Both the position numbers and the translations under genes were made by a program. Source: Ectothiorhodospiraceae bacterium (GTDB taxonomy: Bacteria > Pseudomonadota > Gammaproteobacteria > GCA-002705445 > GCA-002716945). From it: 64,000 bases of DNA. Where the stretch lies: positions 224,405 to 288,404 of the forward strand of contig BOXR01000001.1 of NCBI GenBank assembly GCA_019651095.1. The letters are read 5' to 3'. The notes beneath the pieces were generated by a model. The model was not told the origin of the DNA and did not search any database. It worked only from the letters and a program-made list of their open reading frames with translations. Positions 1-15,916 of this stretch are shown here, piece after piece (within the stretch, counting starts at the first letter, position 1; the number at the start of each line of letters is the position of its first letter).

Positions 1-4104
<4,104 letters not shown>

Positions 4105-4107
4105 AAA

Positions 4108-5076
4108 AAAAATCCAAGTGAATTTTGGTTTTGATTATTTTGGGACTACGCAACCGATTTTTTGGTCATTAAAAATTATGTGTCTCCATCAAGAGTATCT
4201 ATAACGTCTTGAAGTAGGATTTAAATCCAATAAATCTCTCGCCAGATATTCAAAATCTATCTGATCTTCACCTATTTCGCTTAGTTTACTAGAAATTAAA
4301 TGCAATGGTTTTTTTGGGGGCAGCTTAACCCTTTATATGTTGATTGACAACCTTGAATGATGTTGAGGGTTTTTAATGTTATTTTTCACAATAAACTCTG
4401 GTTGTTTCTCTGGTATAAATTTGTTAAAATTTGGGGAATTTTATAGCTTCGATATAATCACATAATCTTAAATTTTAATTGAAAATCTTTTATTTGTATA
4501 TTTCATTTTAATCTTTTTTTCTTAAAAAGTTTATAATTCCCAAATTTTTAGAAGCCTTTCTTGGATTATTAAAGGTTTTTCACCATCTGCTTGAGATTTA
4601 TATTGCTAATCTATGCCGTCAGTACAAACCGAAACATTTTCCGCCTCGAAATAGTGTAGACCTTGGGAAAAGTCTTTGCTCTTGATAGGCCATTAAAAAG
4701 AGGTTTTATGAAAATGCTAATCATGTCATTATCCCCAAAATCGTTTCATTGCCAAGCTGATCAAGATCAAAAAAATTTTGGTTTTGGGAAATTGGTAAGA
4801 TATTTTACCCTTTTCCGCGTATATCTACTTTTTTATCTGATACAGAAAAAATGACAAGTAAAGGGGTAAAGCGCTCAAAATCTCAAGGAGTTTCTGGCTG
4901 GAGTGAAAAATCCAAATTTTATCTGGGTACAATCAGATGAGGGTATGAATTTCTGATTAAGCTGTAAAAAGGTTTATTATTTACTTTTAAAAAATTTAAG
5001 GGTCATAATTCTGCTTCCTTCTGTAGGGCAAAATTTTGATTTTTTCTTTAGTTTTTGTATTAAAGATTATTTTCAT
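4108..5076 (-). pseudogene. dnaN: probable dnaN (DNA polymerase III beta clamp) remnant, unreadable because of dense indels
   Basis: Called from synteny (dnaA-dnaN-recF-gyrB) and length only. About 1 kb lies between the recF remnant and dnaA, with a candidate start ATG at 5076 reading MKIIFNTK. No continuous frame survives and I could not recover diagnostic clamp motifs. Confidence 0.3.
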
Positions 5077-5143
5077 ATATTTATTATATGTTATTTTTAA
5101 GTTTCACTTATTATTTTCGAGCCTATTTCTCAAAACATGTTAT

Positions 5144-6505
5144 TTAAGATAATAAAAAGTTTTTAGTGTGTTTATCCTTGGAAAATAAAGTAGTTTTTAA
5201 AAACATTTTTACCCGTTTTTTTAAATTGACTATGTTGATATAATCTTGCTCTATTTGTGAATCTTCTTTTCTGAGTTTTTGTATCTTTTTATTTGCATGT
5301 AAAACTGTTGTGTGGTCCCTACCTCCGAATCCATCACCAATTGATGGCAAGCTATTGTTTGTTAAATCTTTACAAAGAGACATCGCCATGTGTCTTGGCA
5401 GTGTATTTTTCTTATCTCTTTTGGTTGATAGTATGTCACTAACTCTTGTTTTATAATAATTAGCTGTAACTTTTTGTATCTGTTCTATAGTTATTAACCT
5501 TTGATTCAGTGAGATAAGGTCCGCGAGAGTTTCTTTTGTAAACTCTAACGTAATATCACATTTTCTAAATCTTGCTGTCGCTAAAACTCTTCTTAAGTTT
5601 CCCTCTAATTCTCGAACATTAGAGTTTATATTTCTAGCTAAAAAGAACGCCACATCATTTTCTATCGGCATACCAAGAGTTTCTGCCTTAGCCTGAAGTA
5701 TAGCTACTCTTGTTTCTAGATCTGGCGGGTCAATAGAGACATTAAGACCCCACACTAATCTAGATTTTATCCTATCCTCCAACCCATTTATTTCTTTTGG
5801 ATATTTATCACACGTTAAAACTACTTGTTTTTTATATTCAAATAAAGCATTAAATGTATGAAAAAATTCTTCTTGTGATCTCTCTTTCCCAGCAAAAAAC
5901 TGTATGTCATCCAACAACAAAACATCAAGATTTCTATAAAACTTCTTAAACTCCTCAATTTGGTTATTTCTTAATGCGGTAACCATGTTTTGTACAAACT
6001 TCTCAGAGTGAAGATAAACCACTTTTTTATTTTCATTACTTAACTTGTTACCTATCGAATGAAGAAGATGTGTCTTTCCTAGCCCAACACCACCATATAT
6101 ATACAATGGGTTGAAAGCACCAGGCTCATTGACAACAGACAAACATGCAGCTTTTGCCAACTGATTAGATTTTCCTTCAACAAACGACTCAAATGTCATG
6201 TCACTATTTAAATTTGAGACAAACCCTGACGGCATTGTTCTAACTTTTTCGTTTGTCTTTACAGGCGAACTGACGTCTAAGCTAATTAATGTATTATCCG
6301 TAAGCTGGTTTACTACGTCAGATATTTTACTAAGGAAGTTCTTTTCAATCTCCTCTTTCATAAACTTGTTTGGAGCATACAACTTTAGTGCGTCACCATC
6401 AGTCTTGACCTTTAATGGGGCAATCCACAACCTCATCTCTTTTTCTGTAAGAGTCTCTGATAGTTTGTTAAGACATTTATTCCAAATGTTGTGTTTTGTA
6501 ATCAT
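5144..6505 (-). CDS. dnaA: chromosomal replication initiator protein DnaA
   Basis: 453 aa. AAA+ Walker A GGVGLGKTHLLH, Walker B LLLDDIQF, sensor/box VII region, and C-terminal DNA-binding signature GGRDHTTVLHA. The last ~20 aa (KKRVKMFLKTTLFSKDKHTKNFLLS) extend past the usual DnaA end and lie in the stuttered sequence, so the true stop is probably near 5210. Confidence 0.95.
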   Translation of the reverse strand: MITKHNIWNKCLNKLSETLTEKEMRLWIAPLKVKTDGDALKLYAPNKFMKEEIEKNFLSKISDVVNQLTDNTLISLDVSSPVKTNEKVRTMPSGFVSNLNSDMTFESFVEGKSNQLAKAACLSVVNEPGAFNPLYIYGGVGLGKTHLLHSIGNKLSNENKKVVYLHSEKFVQNMVTALRNNQIEEFKKFYRNLDVLLLDDIQFFAGKERSQEEFFHTFNALFEYKKQVVLTCDKYPKEINGLEDRIKSRLVWGLNVSIDPPDLETRVAILQAKAETLGMPIENDVAFFLARNINSNVRELEGNLRRVLATARFRKCDITLEFTKETLADLISLNQRLITIEQIQKVTANYYKTRVSDILSTKRDKKNTLPRHMAMSLCKDLTNNSLPSIGDGFGGRDHTTVLHANKKIQKLRKEDSQIEQDYINIVNLKKRVKMFLKTTLFSKDKHTKNFLLS

Positions 6506-6585
6506 AGTCGGAAGTTAACTATGTCACGAAAAAATATGAATTAATATATTGACATAAAGTAATAATCGAATCACTATACTGACCT

Positions 6586-6720
6586 ATGAAAAGAACATTT
6601 CAACCTAGCAATATTAAAAGAAAGAGAACTCATGGATTTCGTTCTAGGATGAAGACTGCAGCAGGAAGAGCAGTTCTCGCATCAAGAAGAGCAAAAGGAA
6701 GAGCTGTTCTTTGCCCATAG
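6586..6720 (+). CDS. rpmH: 50S ribosomal protein L34
   Basis: Not in the ORF track (44 aa). Manual translation gives [44 protein letters not shown], the canonical L34 sequence, in the canonical position upstream of rnpA. Confidence 0.95.
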   Translation: MKRTFQPSNIKRKRTHGFRSRMKTAAGRAVLASRRAKGRAVLCP

Positions 6721-7056
6721 TTGTATACATTCAAAAAAGACCTCATCACTATCTCTAGAGACACTCTCAAATATTTCAGCGATAAAAACACTCTGAAATC
6801 AGCTCATCTCAAGCTACAGTTTTCTGAATCAAGCGCGAAACGCTTAGGGATTGTAATCCCGAAAAGAATTGTTCCACTATCTGTGACTAGGAACTCTCTC
6901 AGACGAAGAATGAGAGGTTTTTTCAGAGATCAAAAATTCCCAAACGGCTCATATGTGATTTTGTTGTCCTTAACCACAAAAATTCAGGCTGAAAAAAAAA
7001 TTATAAATGATATTCTAATGCGTGAATGGAAATCTTTACTAAGTCAATTACTTTAA
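6721..7056 (+). CDS. rnpA: ribonuclease P protein component
   Basis: 111 aa, TTG start directly after the rpmH stop. Basic RNR-type motif [16 protein letters not shown]. Lies in the rpmH-rnpA-yidD-yidC synteny. Confidence 0.85.
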   Translation: MYTFKKDLITISRDTLKYFSDKNTLKSAHLKLQFSESSAKRLGIVIPKRIVPLSVTRNSLRRRMRGFFRDQKFPNGSYVILLSLTTKIQAEKKIINDILMREWKSLLSQLL

Positions 7057-7268
7057 TTATCGTTGGAATCATCAAATTCTATCAGTTTGTTATATCACCT
7101 GTGATGGGCCCATCATGTAGGCATTATCCTACATGTTCAGAATATTCTATTGAATCAATAAAAACACATGGGGTAATAAGAGGGGTTTACTTAGCATTGA
7201 AAAGAATATCAAGATGTAGACCCGGAGGAACTCATGGCTACGACCCTGTGCCTAAGAGAGAGAAATGA
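7026..7268 (+). CDS. yidD: membrane protein insertion efficiency factor YidD
   Basis: 80 aa. [45 protein letters not shown] matches the YidD family pattern. Overlaps rnpA and yidC as usual. Confidence 0.9.
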   Translation: MEIFTKSITLIIVGIIKFYQFVISPVMGPSCRHYPTCSEYSIESIKTHGVIRGVYLALKRISRCRPGGTHGYDPVPKREK

Positions 7269-8830
7269 ATAGACTATTTTTGTATAGCGGCTTTCTTTTC
7301 ATATTAATTCTAATATTTGATGCATATGATAGGGACTATAATCAACCAAAAACAGAAATAACTCAATCCGAAACCATTGGCAGTATAAATGAATCTGCCA
7401 AGCAACCACCTCAAGACTCCATAATTAATAAGACACCACTAGGTACCGAACAGCCAACTCAAAAAGAAATAAAGTCATTAGAAAATAATAAACTTTTTAT
7501 AAATTTTGACGCAAAATCAGGTGAATTATTATTTTCTAAACTAAAAAATTATCCTATAGAACTAGGCGCACTAGACAGTGTTGTAATTTTAGATTACGAC
7601 AAAAAAAGATATACCGCAGCATCTAACATACAAATAAAAGATGAACAGTTTATACCAATCTTCAGCGTTGTTGAGAAATCAGATGACAGCGTAAAATTAT
7701 CCTCTACTAATTTACCAAACATCACACTCACAAAAAAAATAACACTTATCGAAGATAGCCATCAGCTATTGGTTACAAACAACGTATTCAATAACTCAAA
7801 TCAGAATATATATGTTAGGAACTATGAGATAATTTCACGAGATAACAATAGTACTGCAAGTCTAATGTTGCCAACCTACACAGGTAGCGCCTTCTACGAT
7901 AGTGAAAACAAATTCTCTAAAATTTCTTTTGACGATATGTTGGAAAGCGAACAGGCAATCAGAGTACAAGATAGCTGGATAAGCATGATAGAGCATTATT
8001 TTTTTTCTGCATGGCTCCCAACAGATGCACAAACAAAAACCGTCTACACTAACCACGAAAAGGGAGTATTTACAATTGGAAGCACAACACAATATGACAC
8101 TTTAGAGCCCGGCCAGAACTATGAGTTTAAGTCAGTCATGTTTGTTGGTCCAAAACTTCAATCTGAAATTTCTGATCTAGCTGAAGGCCTTGATCTTACT
8201 GTAGATTATGGCGTGCTGACATTTCTGTCTGCGCCTCTATTTTGGATCCTAGAGATAATACATGCGGTTTTTGATAATTGGGGCATCTCTATTATTGTCT
8301 TAACGATATTAATCAAGGCTATATTCTTCAAATTATCAGAGACTAGTTATCGATCAATGGCACAAATGAAAAAACTTAACCCTAGAATGCAGGCACTGAA
8401 AGAGAGATATGCTGAAGATAAAAAGAAATTTAGTGAAGCTCTTATGAGAATGTACAAAGAAGAAAAAGTAAATCCTCTTGGAGGATGCCTACCTATTTTA
8501 ATACAAATACCTGTTTTTATAGCGTTGTACTGGGTGCTTGTTGAAAGCGTAGAAATGAGGCATGCTCCCTTTGTGGGGTGGATTCAAGACCTTGCTTCAG
8601 CCGATCCATATTTCATATTACCGATAGCCATGGGCGTATCGATGTATATTCAACAAAAGCTTAACCCAGCTCCTACTGATGCAACACAACAAAAAATATT
8701 TCTTTTCTTGCCTTTTATCTTTACTGCCCTTTTCGCAACGTTCCCATCAGGCTTGGTATTGTACTGGTTGACCAACAACATTCTGTCAATTGCTCAACAG
8801 TATGTTATTAACAAAAGAATTGTTGGCTAA
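7265..8830 (+). CDS. yidC: membrane protein insertase YidC
   Basis: 521 aa. N-terminal TM, large periplasmic domain, and a C-terminal 60-kDa-IMP core ([39 protein letters not shown]). Confidence 0.95.
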   Translation: MNRLFLYSGFLFILILIFDAYDRDYNQPKTEITQSETIGSINESAKQPPQDSIINKTPLGTEQPTQKEIKSLENNKLFINFDAKSGELLFSKLKNYPIELGALDSVVILDYDKKRYTAASNIQIKDEQFIPIFSVVEKSDDSVKLSSTNLPNITLTKKITLIEDSHQLLVTNNVFNNSNQNIYVRNYEIISRDNNSTASLMLPTYTGSAFYDSENKFSKISFDDMLESEQAIRVQDSWISMIEHYFFSAWLPTDAQTKTVYTNHEKGVFTIGSTTQYDTLEPGQNYEFKSVMFVGPKLQSEISDLAEGLDLTVDYGVLTFLSAPLFWILEIIHAVFDNWGISIIVLTILIKAIFFKLSETSYRSMAQMKKLNPRMQALKERYAEDKKKFSEALMRMYKEEKVNPLGGCLPILIQIPVFIALYWVLVESVEMRHAPFVGWIQDLASADPYFILPIAMGVSMYIQQKLNPAPTDATQQKIFLFLPFIFTALFATFPSGLVLYWLTNNILSIAQQYVINKRIVG

Positions 8831-8832
8831 CA

Positions 8833-10170
8833 ATGAAATCAAATGCAATATGTGCTATTGCAACGGCCAAAGGAAGTTCAGCACTAGGCGTAATTAGAAT
8901 AAGCGGAGAGAATCTAAATTCTTTATTATCTCACTTATTTACAAAAAAACTCTCAGATAGGAGGGCCATCTTAACTGATATTAAATTTAAGAATGTCGTA
9001 TTTGATAATTGCATAGTAATTTTATACTGCGCTCCAAAATCTTATACTGGTGAGGATGTAATAGAGATTATCACTCATGGAAATCCTGTGATAATGAACT
9101 CCATTATAGAGCTCTTGTGTCAGCATGGTGTTTCGAATGCAGCGCCTGGAGAGTTTACCGAGAGAGCTTTCCTAAATAACAAGATATCTCTCGAGAAAGC
9201 TGAGGCTGTTGCAGATTTGATTTCTGCCTCAGATATTCAGGCTGTGAGGGCAGCACAAAATTCGCTTAGCGGAAAATTTTATGATGATGTCAACGAGGTG
9301 CTAACTAGTATAGTTAGTCTTCGAGCAGAGCTGGAGACTATTATTAACTTCCCTGAAGATGATGATACTCCAGACCTAATGATCAAAAAAATTATTGAGC
9401 AAGTAGAGCGAATAGCTTTGCTTCTTGATAATATACTTATCAATTCAAGAGAGGGGCGTTCATTAAATCACAAAAGAACATACGCATTTATCGGCAAACC
9501 TAATTCAGGCAAATCATCTATTATAAATTGCTTGCTAAGAGAGGATGCGTCCATTGTAACCAGCATAGCAGGCACAACTAGAGATTCTATTGAGTATGAA
9601 TTATCTATAAATAATAAGATTGTAACAATTGTAGATACTGCAGGAATAAGAACGACTCAAGATAAAGTTGAAATTGAGGGAATAGAAAGATCTATAAAAG
9701 CTGTACTGAAAGCCGATAAGATATTCTACGTAGTCGATGTTTCTAGAGGACTAGATAAAGATGATCATACTATATTGAAAAACTATAATATTACAAACTA
9801 TGACATCGTATTCAATAAAATTGATCTAAAGGGTCTTGAGCCAAGAGTAATTAGAAAATCTCCTACCGAGATATATTTGTCCGCCATCAATAATATAGGT
9901 ATAGATCTTATTAGAGATAGAGTTGACGAGGACTTTATTAAAGTAGAAAAAGCTGAAGATCTCTATCTTGCGAGATCAAGGCATGTTGACCATCTAATGG
10001 ATGCAAAAGAATGTATCAATCGATGTCCAAGTCATATCTCAGACTGTAAGTATGACATTCTCGCTGAGGACATGAGAAACGCACATGTAGCTTTATCATC
10101 TATTTTAGGGCAAAATCCAACAGAAGAATTATTAAATAAAATTTTCACAAGTTTTTGTATTGGTAAATGA
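8833..10170 (+). CDS. mnmE: tRNA modification GTPase MnmE
   Basis: 445 aa. G-domain GKPNSGKSS, DTAGIR and NKIDL, plus the C-terminal CIGK motif. Confidence 0.95.
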   Translation: MKSNAICAIATAKGSSALGVIRISGENLNSLLSHLFTKKLSDRRAILTDIKFKNVVFDNCIVILYCAPKSYTGEDVIEIITHGNPVIMNSIIELLCQHGVSNAAPGEFTERAFLNNKISLEKAEAVADLISASDIQAVRAAQNSLSGKFYDDVNEVLTSIVSLRAELETIINFPEDDDTPDLMIKKIIEQVERIALLLDNILINSREGRSLNHKRTYAFIGKPNSGKSSIINCLLREDASIVTSIAGTTRDSIEYELSINNKIVTIVDTAGIRTTQDKVEIEGIERSIKAVLKADKIFYVVDVSRGLDKDDHTILKNYNITNYDIVFNKIDLKGLEPRVIRKSPTEIYLSAINNIGIDLIRDRVDEDFIKVEKAEDLYLARSRHVDHLMDAKECINRCPSHISDCKYDILAEDMRNAHVALSSILGQNPTEELLNKIFTSFCIGK

Positions 10171-12042
10171 ATATTTATGACGTAATAGTTGTTGGTGGAG
10201 GGCATGCTGGTTGCGAAGCAGCTCATGCAAGCGCTCGTCTTGGCTCTAAGACACTTTTAATTACGATGAAAATAGATGGGATTGGCCAAATGAGTTGCAA
10301 TCCAGCTATTGGGGGTATTGGAAAATCACACCTTGCGCGTGAGGTTGATGCTCTTGATGGCCTAATGTGCAAAGCTGCGGATGATGCCTCTCTTCAGTCT
10401 AGAGTTCTCAATTCAAGCAAAGGGGCAGCAGTCAGAGCAACTAGGATTCAAACTTGCAGAGATGAGTATAAGAAAGCCATGCAAAAGCATATTTTAAATC
10501 ATGAAAACCTTACTGTCCTTCAATCAACTGTAAAGTCTGTAAAGTTTTCAAAAAACAGAGCTGATGGTGTTGTTATTGAAACGGGAGATTTCATAAAATC
10601 AAAATGCGTAGTGCTCACTGCCGGAACATTTTTAGACGGTGTAATTCATATGGGAGAAAAAACATTTTCTGCCGGGCGGTCAGGTGACAGAGCCTCTGTC
10701 AATTAGAAAAGTACTTTAAAGATTCCGGATTCAATATTGAAAGATTGAAGACAGGAACACCACCGAGAATTAAGACCGAATCTATTAATTTCGACAGACT
10801 TCAAAAACAAGACAGCGACCATCCTCTCCCTATGTTGTCATACCTAAATGATCACTACGGATTTTCTCCAAGTCACATCCAAAAGATACCATGCTATATA
10901 ACTCATACAAATATGCATACACATGAGATCATTGAATCTAGTAAAGATAAGTCACCCTATTCAATGGAAAAATCAAATCAGTTGGGCCAAGATACTGTCC
11001 TTCTATTGAAGATAAGGTTTACAGGTTTTCAGACAAATCTAGCCATCAAGTTTTTCTTGAACCTGAGACTTCTGATAACTTAGAAATATATCCAAATGGT
11101 CTATCAACAAGTTTACCGCTAGAGGTACAAGAAGAGTTCTTGCAAACAATATCTGGCTTGGAACGTTGTGAAATAACACAGCCGGGATATGCTATTGAGT
11201 ATAGTTACTTTGACCCTAGGGGCTTGAAATCAAGCCTTGAAACAAAAAATATTGATAGCCTATTCTTCGCTGGGCAAATAAATGGGACGACCGGCTACGA
11301 AGAAGCTGCTGCTCAGGGAATAATCGCTGGGATCAATGCTGCCAGAAAATCTCAGGGTAAATCTAGTTGGACACCCCAGCGTCATGAGTCATATATCGGT
11401 GTACTAATTGATGATCTTATCACTCAGGGCGTTACAGAACCATATAGGATGTTTACAAGTAGGGCGGAGTATCGACTAAGGCTAAGAGATGACAACGCAG
11501 ACATACGTCTCACCAAACAGGGATTTGAAATTGGTGTAGTTGGCGAGGCGAGATATCAGTCATTCTGCGATAAAGTTGATAGAATCAATTCTGAAAAGAC
11601 TCGTCTTGATAAAATAAAAGTTGAAATCGAATCTGAGGACCATGAATTACTTAAAAGTAAATATGGTCTTCATTTATCTGAAAATAAGTCATATGCCTCT
11701 TTACTTAAAACATCAAAAATACAATATTCTGACTTAATGAATTTATCTAATTTTGGAATGACTACAAATGCATCCGTAGGCCATCTTGTTGCTTCTGATA
11801 TAAGATACGCAGGTTATGTTGCTAAGCAAGAAAAAGAAATTGAGCAATTAAAGGCGAGCTATATGACACTAATACCTGAGAATGTTGATTATGCCGATAT
11901 TAAAGGTTTATCAAATGAGGCGGTCGAGAGACTCAACAATGCGCGACCTGAGAGTATTGGACAGGCATCTCGTATCTCTGGTATCAACTCTTCATCAGTA
12001 GCGCTAATTAAAATACACCTAAAAAAAAATAAAGTCATTTAA
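10167..12042 (+). CDS. mnmG: tRNA uridine 5-carboxymethylaminomethyl modification enzyme MnmG (GidA); two frameshifts (~10695 and ~10955)
   Basis: The pieces read YDVIVVGGGHAGCEAA (FAD fold), ..ERLKTGTPPRI.., and GPRYCPSIEDKVYRFSDKSSHQVFLEPE..PGYAIEY. Together they reconstruct a full-length MnmG. At the first break the text gtcaattagaaaag would be in frame if one T were added to the T run. Confidence 0.92.
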
Positions 12043-12043
12043 C

Positions 12044-12685
12044 ATGGCAGATAAAATCGCCGTCACCGTAGATGAGGTATTTTCGAAGCTTCCTTTGGAG
12101 CAGGTGAGCTTGATCAAAAATTACCTAACTCTATTATTTAAATGGCATGCAACAAGTAACATAGTGTCCTCATCGAATGAGGAGTATGTCATCAAAAGAG
12201 AAATATTTGATTCAAGTATACTCAGCAAATTCATTTCAGTGAGTTCCATTACAGACGTTGGATCGGGCGGGGGGATACCAGGTATGATATTAGCCATACT
12301 CAATCCTAATAAAAAAGTCACTTTAATAGATAGAAAGTCAACATTTATTGATTTTTTAGAAATAGTAAAATCTGAGCTCAAGCTCGAAAATGTCGTCGTC
12401 GAAAAGCAAGATTTTTTTGATAATAAATATAGCATTAATTCCGAGTGCACGTTATTTAAAAATTTTAGTAACAAAAAAATAGCTAAAATGGATTTTGAAA
12501 ATAAATTAAAGTATTTGATAGAAACTGTTAAAAAGAGTAAATCTGTATCGAAAGTATATATTCTTACAGGTACCCCAGTGTTACAGTTAAGTAAGCAATT
12601 TCATGAGGACTATAAGATGAATGTGAATAAGATTGCCTCACCTTATTTTGATACCTCTCGTTTTATTGCTGAGGTTTTTCTATGA
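12044..12685 (+). CDS. rsmG: 16S rRNA (guanine527-N7)-methyltransferase RsmG (GidB)
   Basis: 213 aa. SAM-binding DVGSGGGIPG. Sits directly after mnmG. Confidence 0.85.
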   Translation: MADKIAVTVDEVFSKLPLEQVSLIKNYLTLLFKWHATSNIVSSSNEEYVIKREIFDSSILSKFISVSSITDVGSGGGIPGMILAILNPNKKVTLIDRKSTFIDFLEIVKSELKLENVVVEKQDFFDNKYSINSECTLFKNFSNKKIAKMDFENKLKYLIETVKKSKSVSKVYILTGTPVLQLSKQFHEDYKMNVNKIASPYFDTSRFIAEVFL

Positions 12686-13440
12686 AAATTCTGTCTGTCG
12701 TAAATCAGAAAGGAGGGGTTGGTAAAACGACCACGTCTATTAATTTATCAGCTTGTCTTTATAAAATGAAAAGAAGAGTTCTTTTGGTTGATCTCGATCC
12801 TCAATCTAATGCCACGAGGGGTTCGGGAATAGACGCATCTATGATACAAAATAGTATTAATGACGTTCTTCTTGATAGAGTTCATATTGAAAAAGCCATT
12901 ATAAAATCACAATTTGACGGATACGATATATTGCCAGCAACACCATCACTCACAGAGAGCGAGGTGGTTTTAGTCACTAGAGATGAGCGTGAATTTATTC
13001 TTAAAAACAAATTAACATCAATCCTTAGTAGGTATGACTACGTACTTATGGATTGCCCACCCTCACTGAATATTCTTACAGTCAACTCGCTAGTCTCTGC
13101 AACTGGAGTTTTGATTCCAGTTCAATGCGAGTTCTATGCACTCCAAGGCCTAAGTGAACTTATTAACACTATCAATCAGATACAAAATACCTCCAATCAA
13201 AAATTAAAAATCGAGGGAATACTCAGAACGATGTTTGATTCGAGGAATAATTTATCTAATGACGTGAGTGATCAGCTCAAAGAACACTTTCCTAGTGAAT
13301 TATATAAGACAAAAATACCAAGAAATATTAGAGTTGCTGAAGCCCCTAGTTTTGGAAAATCAATTTTGGAGTATGATGGTTTATCTAAAGGATCACTATC
13401 CTATTACTCCCTTTCAGGCGAAATAATAAAAGACGAATAG
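12682..13440 (+). CDS. parA: chromosome partitioning ATPase ParA/Soj
   Basis: 252 aa. Deviant Walker A NQKGGVGKTTT and DLDPQSNAT. Confidence 0.93.
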   Translation: MKILSVVNQKGGVGKTTTSINLSACLYKMKRRVLLVDLDPQSNATRGSGIDASMIQNSINDVLLDRVHIEKAIIKSQFDGYDILPATPSLTESEVVLVTRDEREFILKNKLTSILSRYDYVLMDCPPSLNILTVNSLVSATGVLIPVQCEFYALQGLSELINTINQIQNTSNQKLKIEGILRTMFDSRNNLSNDVSDQLKEHFPSELYKTKIPRNIRVAEAPSFGKSILEYDGLSKGSLSYYSLSGEIIKDE

Positions 13441-13482
13441 ACAGTTATGTACAAAAATGATGTCTAGGGTTATATTTGATAT

Positions 13483-14340
13483 ATGACTAAACGCAAGGCA
13501 TTGGGTTCAGGGCTAGATTCACTTCTCAGCAGTGCTCGCCGCGTTACAGAATCTGAAACTTCCGATCAGCCCCAACCACCATCATCTTTACCGGTGCATA
13601 AGATAGTGAGAAACAGGCACCAACCAAGAAAAGTATTCCATGAAAATGAAATTAAACAGCTTGCAGATTCGATAAATGAGAATGGACAAATCTCGCCAAT
13701 AGTTGTCAGAAAAATGGGAGAAAAATTTGAGCTCATAGTAGGAGAAAGAAGATGGAGAGCTACACAGCTATTGAAGAAGGATACAATCGATGCAGTAATA
13801 ATTGATGCTGATGAGAAAACTTCAGCAGTTTTATCTATTGTTGAGAATGTCCAAAGGGAGGATCTGAATTCTATGGAAGAAGCAGAATCTTTGCTTCGCT
13901 TGGTGAATGAATTTGGAATGAGTCATGACGATGTTTCAAAATATATTAGTAAATCAAGAACGCATGTAACTAATCTAATAAGGCTTAATGAATTATCAGA
14001 TTATGGAAAAGAACAACTGAGAATGGGAACAATTAACATGGGCCACGCCAGAGCAGTATTGACTTTGTCTCCTGATGAGCAATCTAGGATACTGAGGGAA
14101 GCAGTAAGGAAAAATCTATCTGTCAGAGCTGTTGAAAATCTTGCAAAACCGGATTCTAAGACTCAGTCCAAAAACAAGGATCCTGATACAGCTATACTTG
14201 AGAGGCAGCTCTCAGAGTCACTGGGAGCCAAAATAAATATTAAACATAGCAAAAGCGGCGGCGTTATTAGCATAAAGTATTCAACTATGAACGAACTTCA
14301 GAGTATTATTGAAAAGATAAGGAATACCAATAAGAAATGA
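13483..14340 (+). CDS. parB: chromosome partitioning protein ParB/Spo0J
   Basis: 285 aa. ParB box IVGERRWRA, HTH region, follows parA. Confidence 0.93.
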   Translation: MTKRKALGSGLDSLLSSARRVTESETSDQPQPPSSLPVHKIVRNRHQPRKVFHENEIKQLADSINENGQISPIVVRKMGEKFELIVGERRWRATQLLKKDTIDAVIIDADEKTSAVLSIVENVQREDLNSMEEAESLLRLVNEFGMSHDDVSKYISKSRTHVTNLIRLNELSDYGKEQLRMGTINMGHARAVLTLSPDEQSRILREAVRKNLSVRAVENLAKPDSKTQSKNKDPDTAILERQLSESLGAKINIKHSKSGGVISIKYSTMNELQSIIEKIRNTNKK

Positions 14341-14447
14341 TGTGTTGATAGAGTTTTTTCTGCATATAAATTGAATCCACAGCCATACTAAACTATACTA
14401 AGCGTGACCAAAATGTTGGTCATAATTGCTCATGGTGAACATCAAAA

Positions 14448-14798
14448 GTGAGAAGAGTAATTGCCTTTCAAGGCACAATAGCGTTAGTTACAGCGCTCGT
14501 ATTTATGTATATGGGCTACCAAAAAATAGAATCATCTCTATTTGGCGGGGTTATCTCAATACTCAATACTATTCTTCTTGCTAAAAGTGTAGAACAAGCA
14601 GGCGAGGCTGCACTTGAGCAAAATGTTAGTGGAGGCACACTAGTTTTATTTAAGAGTTTGCTGATTAGAATAGCTCTTATTTTAGTTGGTTTCTACATTG
14701 GCATCGTGACTTTGAGCCTAGACGCTCTGCAAATGTTGGTCGCATTCGCAGTCACACAAATAGGGTATGTCTTTAATAAGAATAAGACGATTTATTAG
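14448..14798 (+). CDS. atpI: F0F1 ATP synthase protein I
   Basis: 116-aa hydrophobic protein immediately upstream of atpB; GTG start. Confidence 0.6.
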   Translation: MRRVIAFQGTIALVTALVFMYMGYQKIESSLFGGVISILNTILLAKSVEQAGEAALEQNVSGGTLVLFKSLLIRIALILVGFYIGIVTLSLDALQMLVAFAVTQIGYVFNKNKTIY

Positions 14799-14806
14799 GT
14801 AGTTAG

Positions 14807-15586
<780 letters not shown>

Positions 15587-15608
15587 CGATAATTAAAGAG
15601 GAAAAATA

Positions 15609-15902
15609 ATGGAAACACTATCACCAGACATGATCACTCAAATTTATTCATCTACTAGTCTAGGTGTATCTATAATGTTAGCTGCAGCTGGACTCGGATC
15701 AGCATTAGGTTGGGGTTTGATCTGCATGAAGTATATCGAAGGTATCGCCAGACAACCAGAAATGCTTCCGGCACTTAGAACACAAATGTTTATCACAGCA
15801 GGCCTAATGGAATCATTTCCATTCATAGTGCTTGCCTTTGCAATGTTCTTTGTGTTTGCAAATCCGTTTGTTGGAGCAGCAAAAGCTGCGCTTGGAGCAT
15901 AG
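15609..15902 (+). CDS. atpE: F0F1 ATP synthase subunit c
   Basis: 97 aa hairpin protein with loop motif ARQPE. The ion-binding carboxylate is Glu (GLMESFPF). AGAGGA RBS upstream. Confidence 0.93.
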   Translation: METLSPDMITQIYSSTSLGVSIMLAAAGLGSALGWGLICMKYIEGIARQPEMLPALRTQMFITAGLMESFPFIVLAFAMFFVFANPFVGAAKAALGA

Positions 15903-15916
15903 GGAGCTAAGTCTTA

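Noticed and set aside
4663-4854. 63-aa ORF, the only ORF-track call inside the 3.2-5.2 kb gap.
   Set aside because: It sits in the homopolymer-stuttered stretch on the strand opposite the expected dnaN. It has no RBS, a nonsense-like sequence, and is barely above the length cut-off.
6549-6580. TTGACA ... TATACT upstream of rpmH looked like a strong sigma70 promoter.
   Set aside because: The spacer is 20 nt (the 17-nt alternative gives a poor CACTAT -10). The -10 would end 5 nt before the ATG, leaving no leader. It is not convincing as the rpmH promoter.
15609-15902. Possible Na+-coupled ATP synthase: the c subunit has Glu-Ser (MES) at the ion site and an Ilyobacter-like ANPFVG tail.
   Set aside because: The other residues of the Na+ signature are missing. 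The position equivalent to Gln32 is Trp, and the Thr67 and Tyr70 equivalents are Phe and Ile. H+ coupling is the default reading and fits a proton-pumping rhodopsin.
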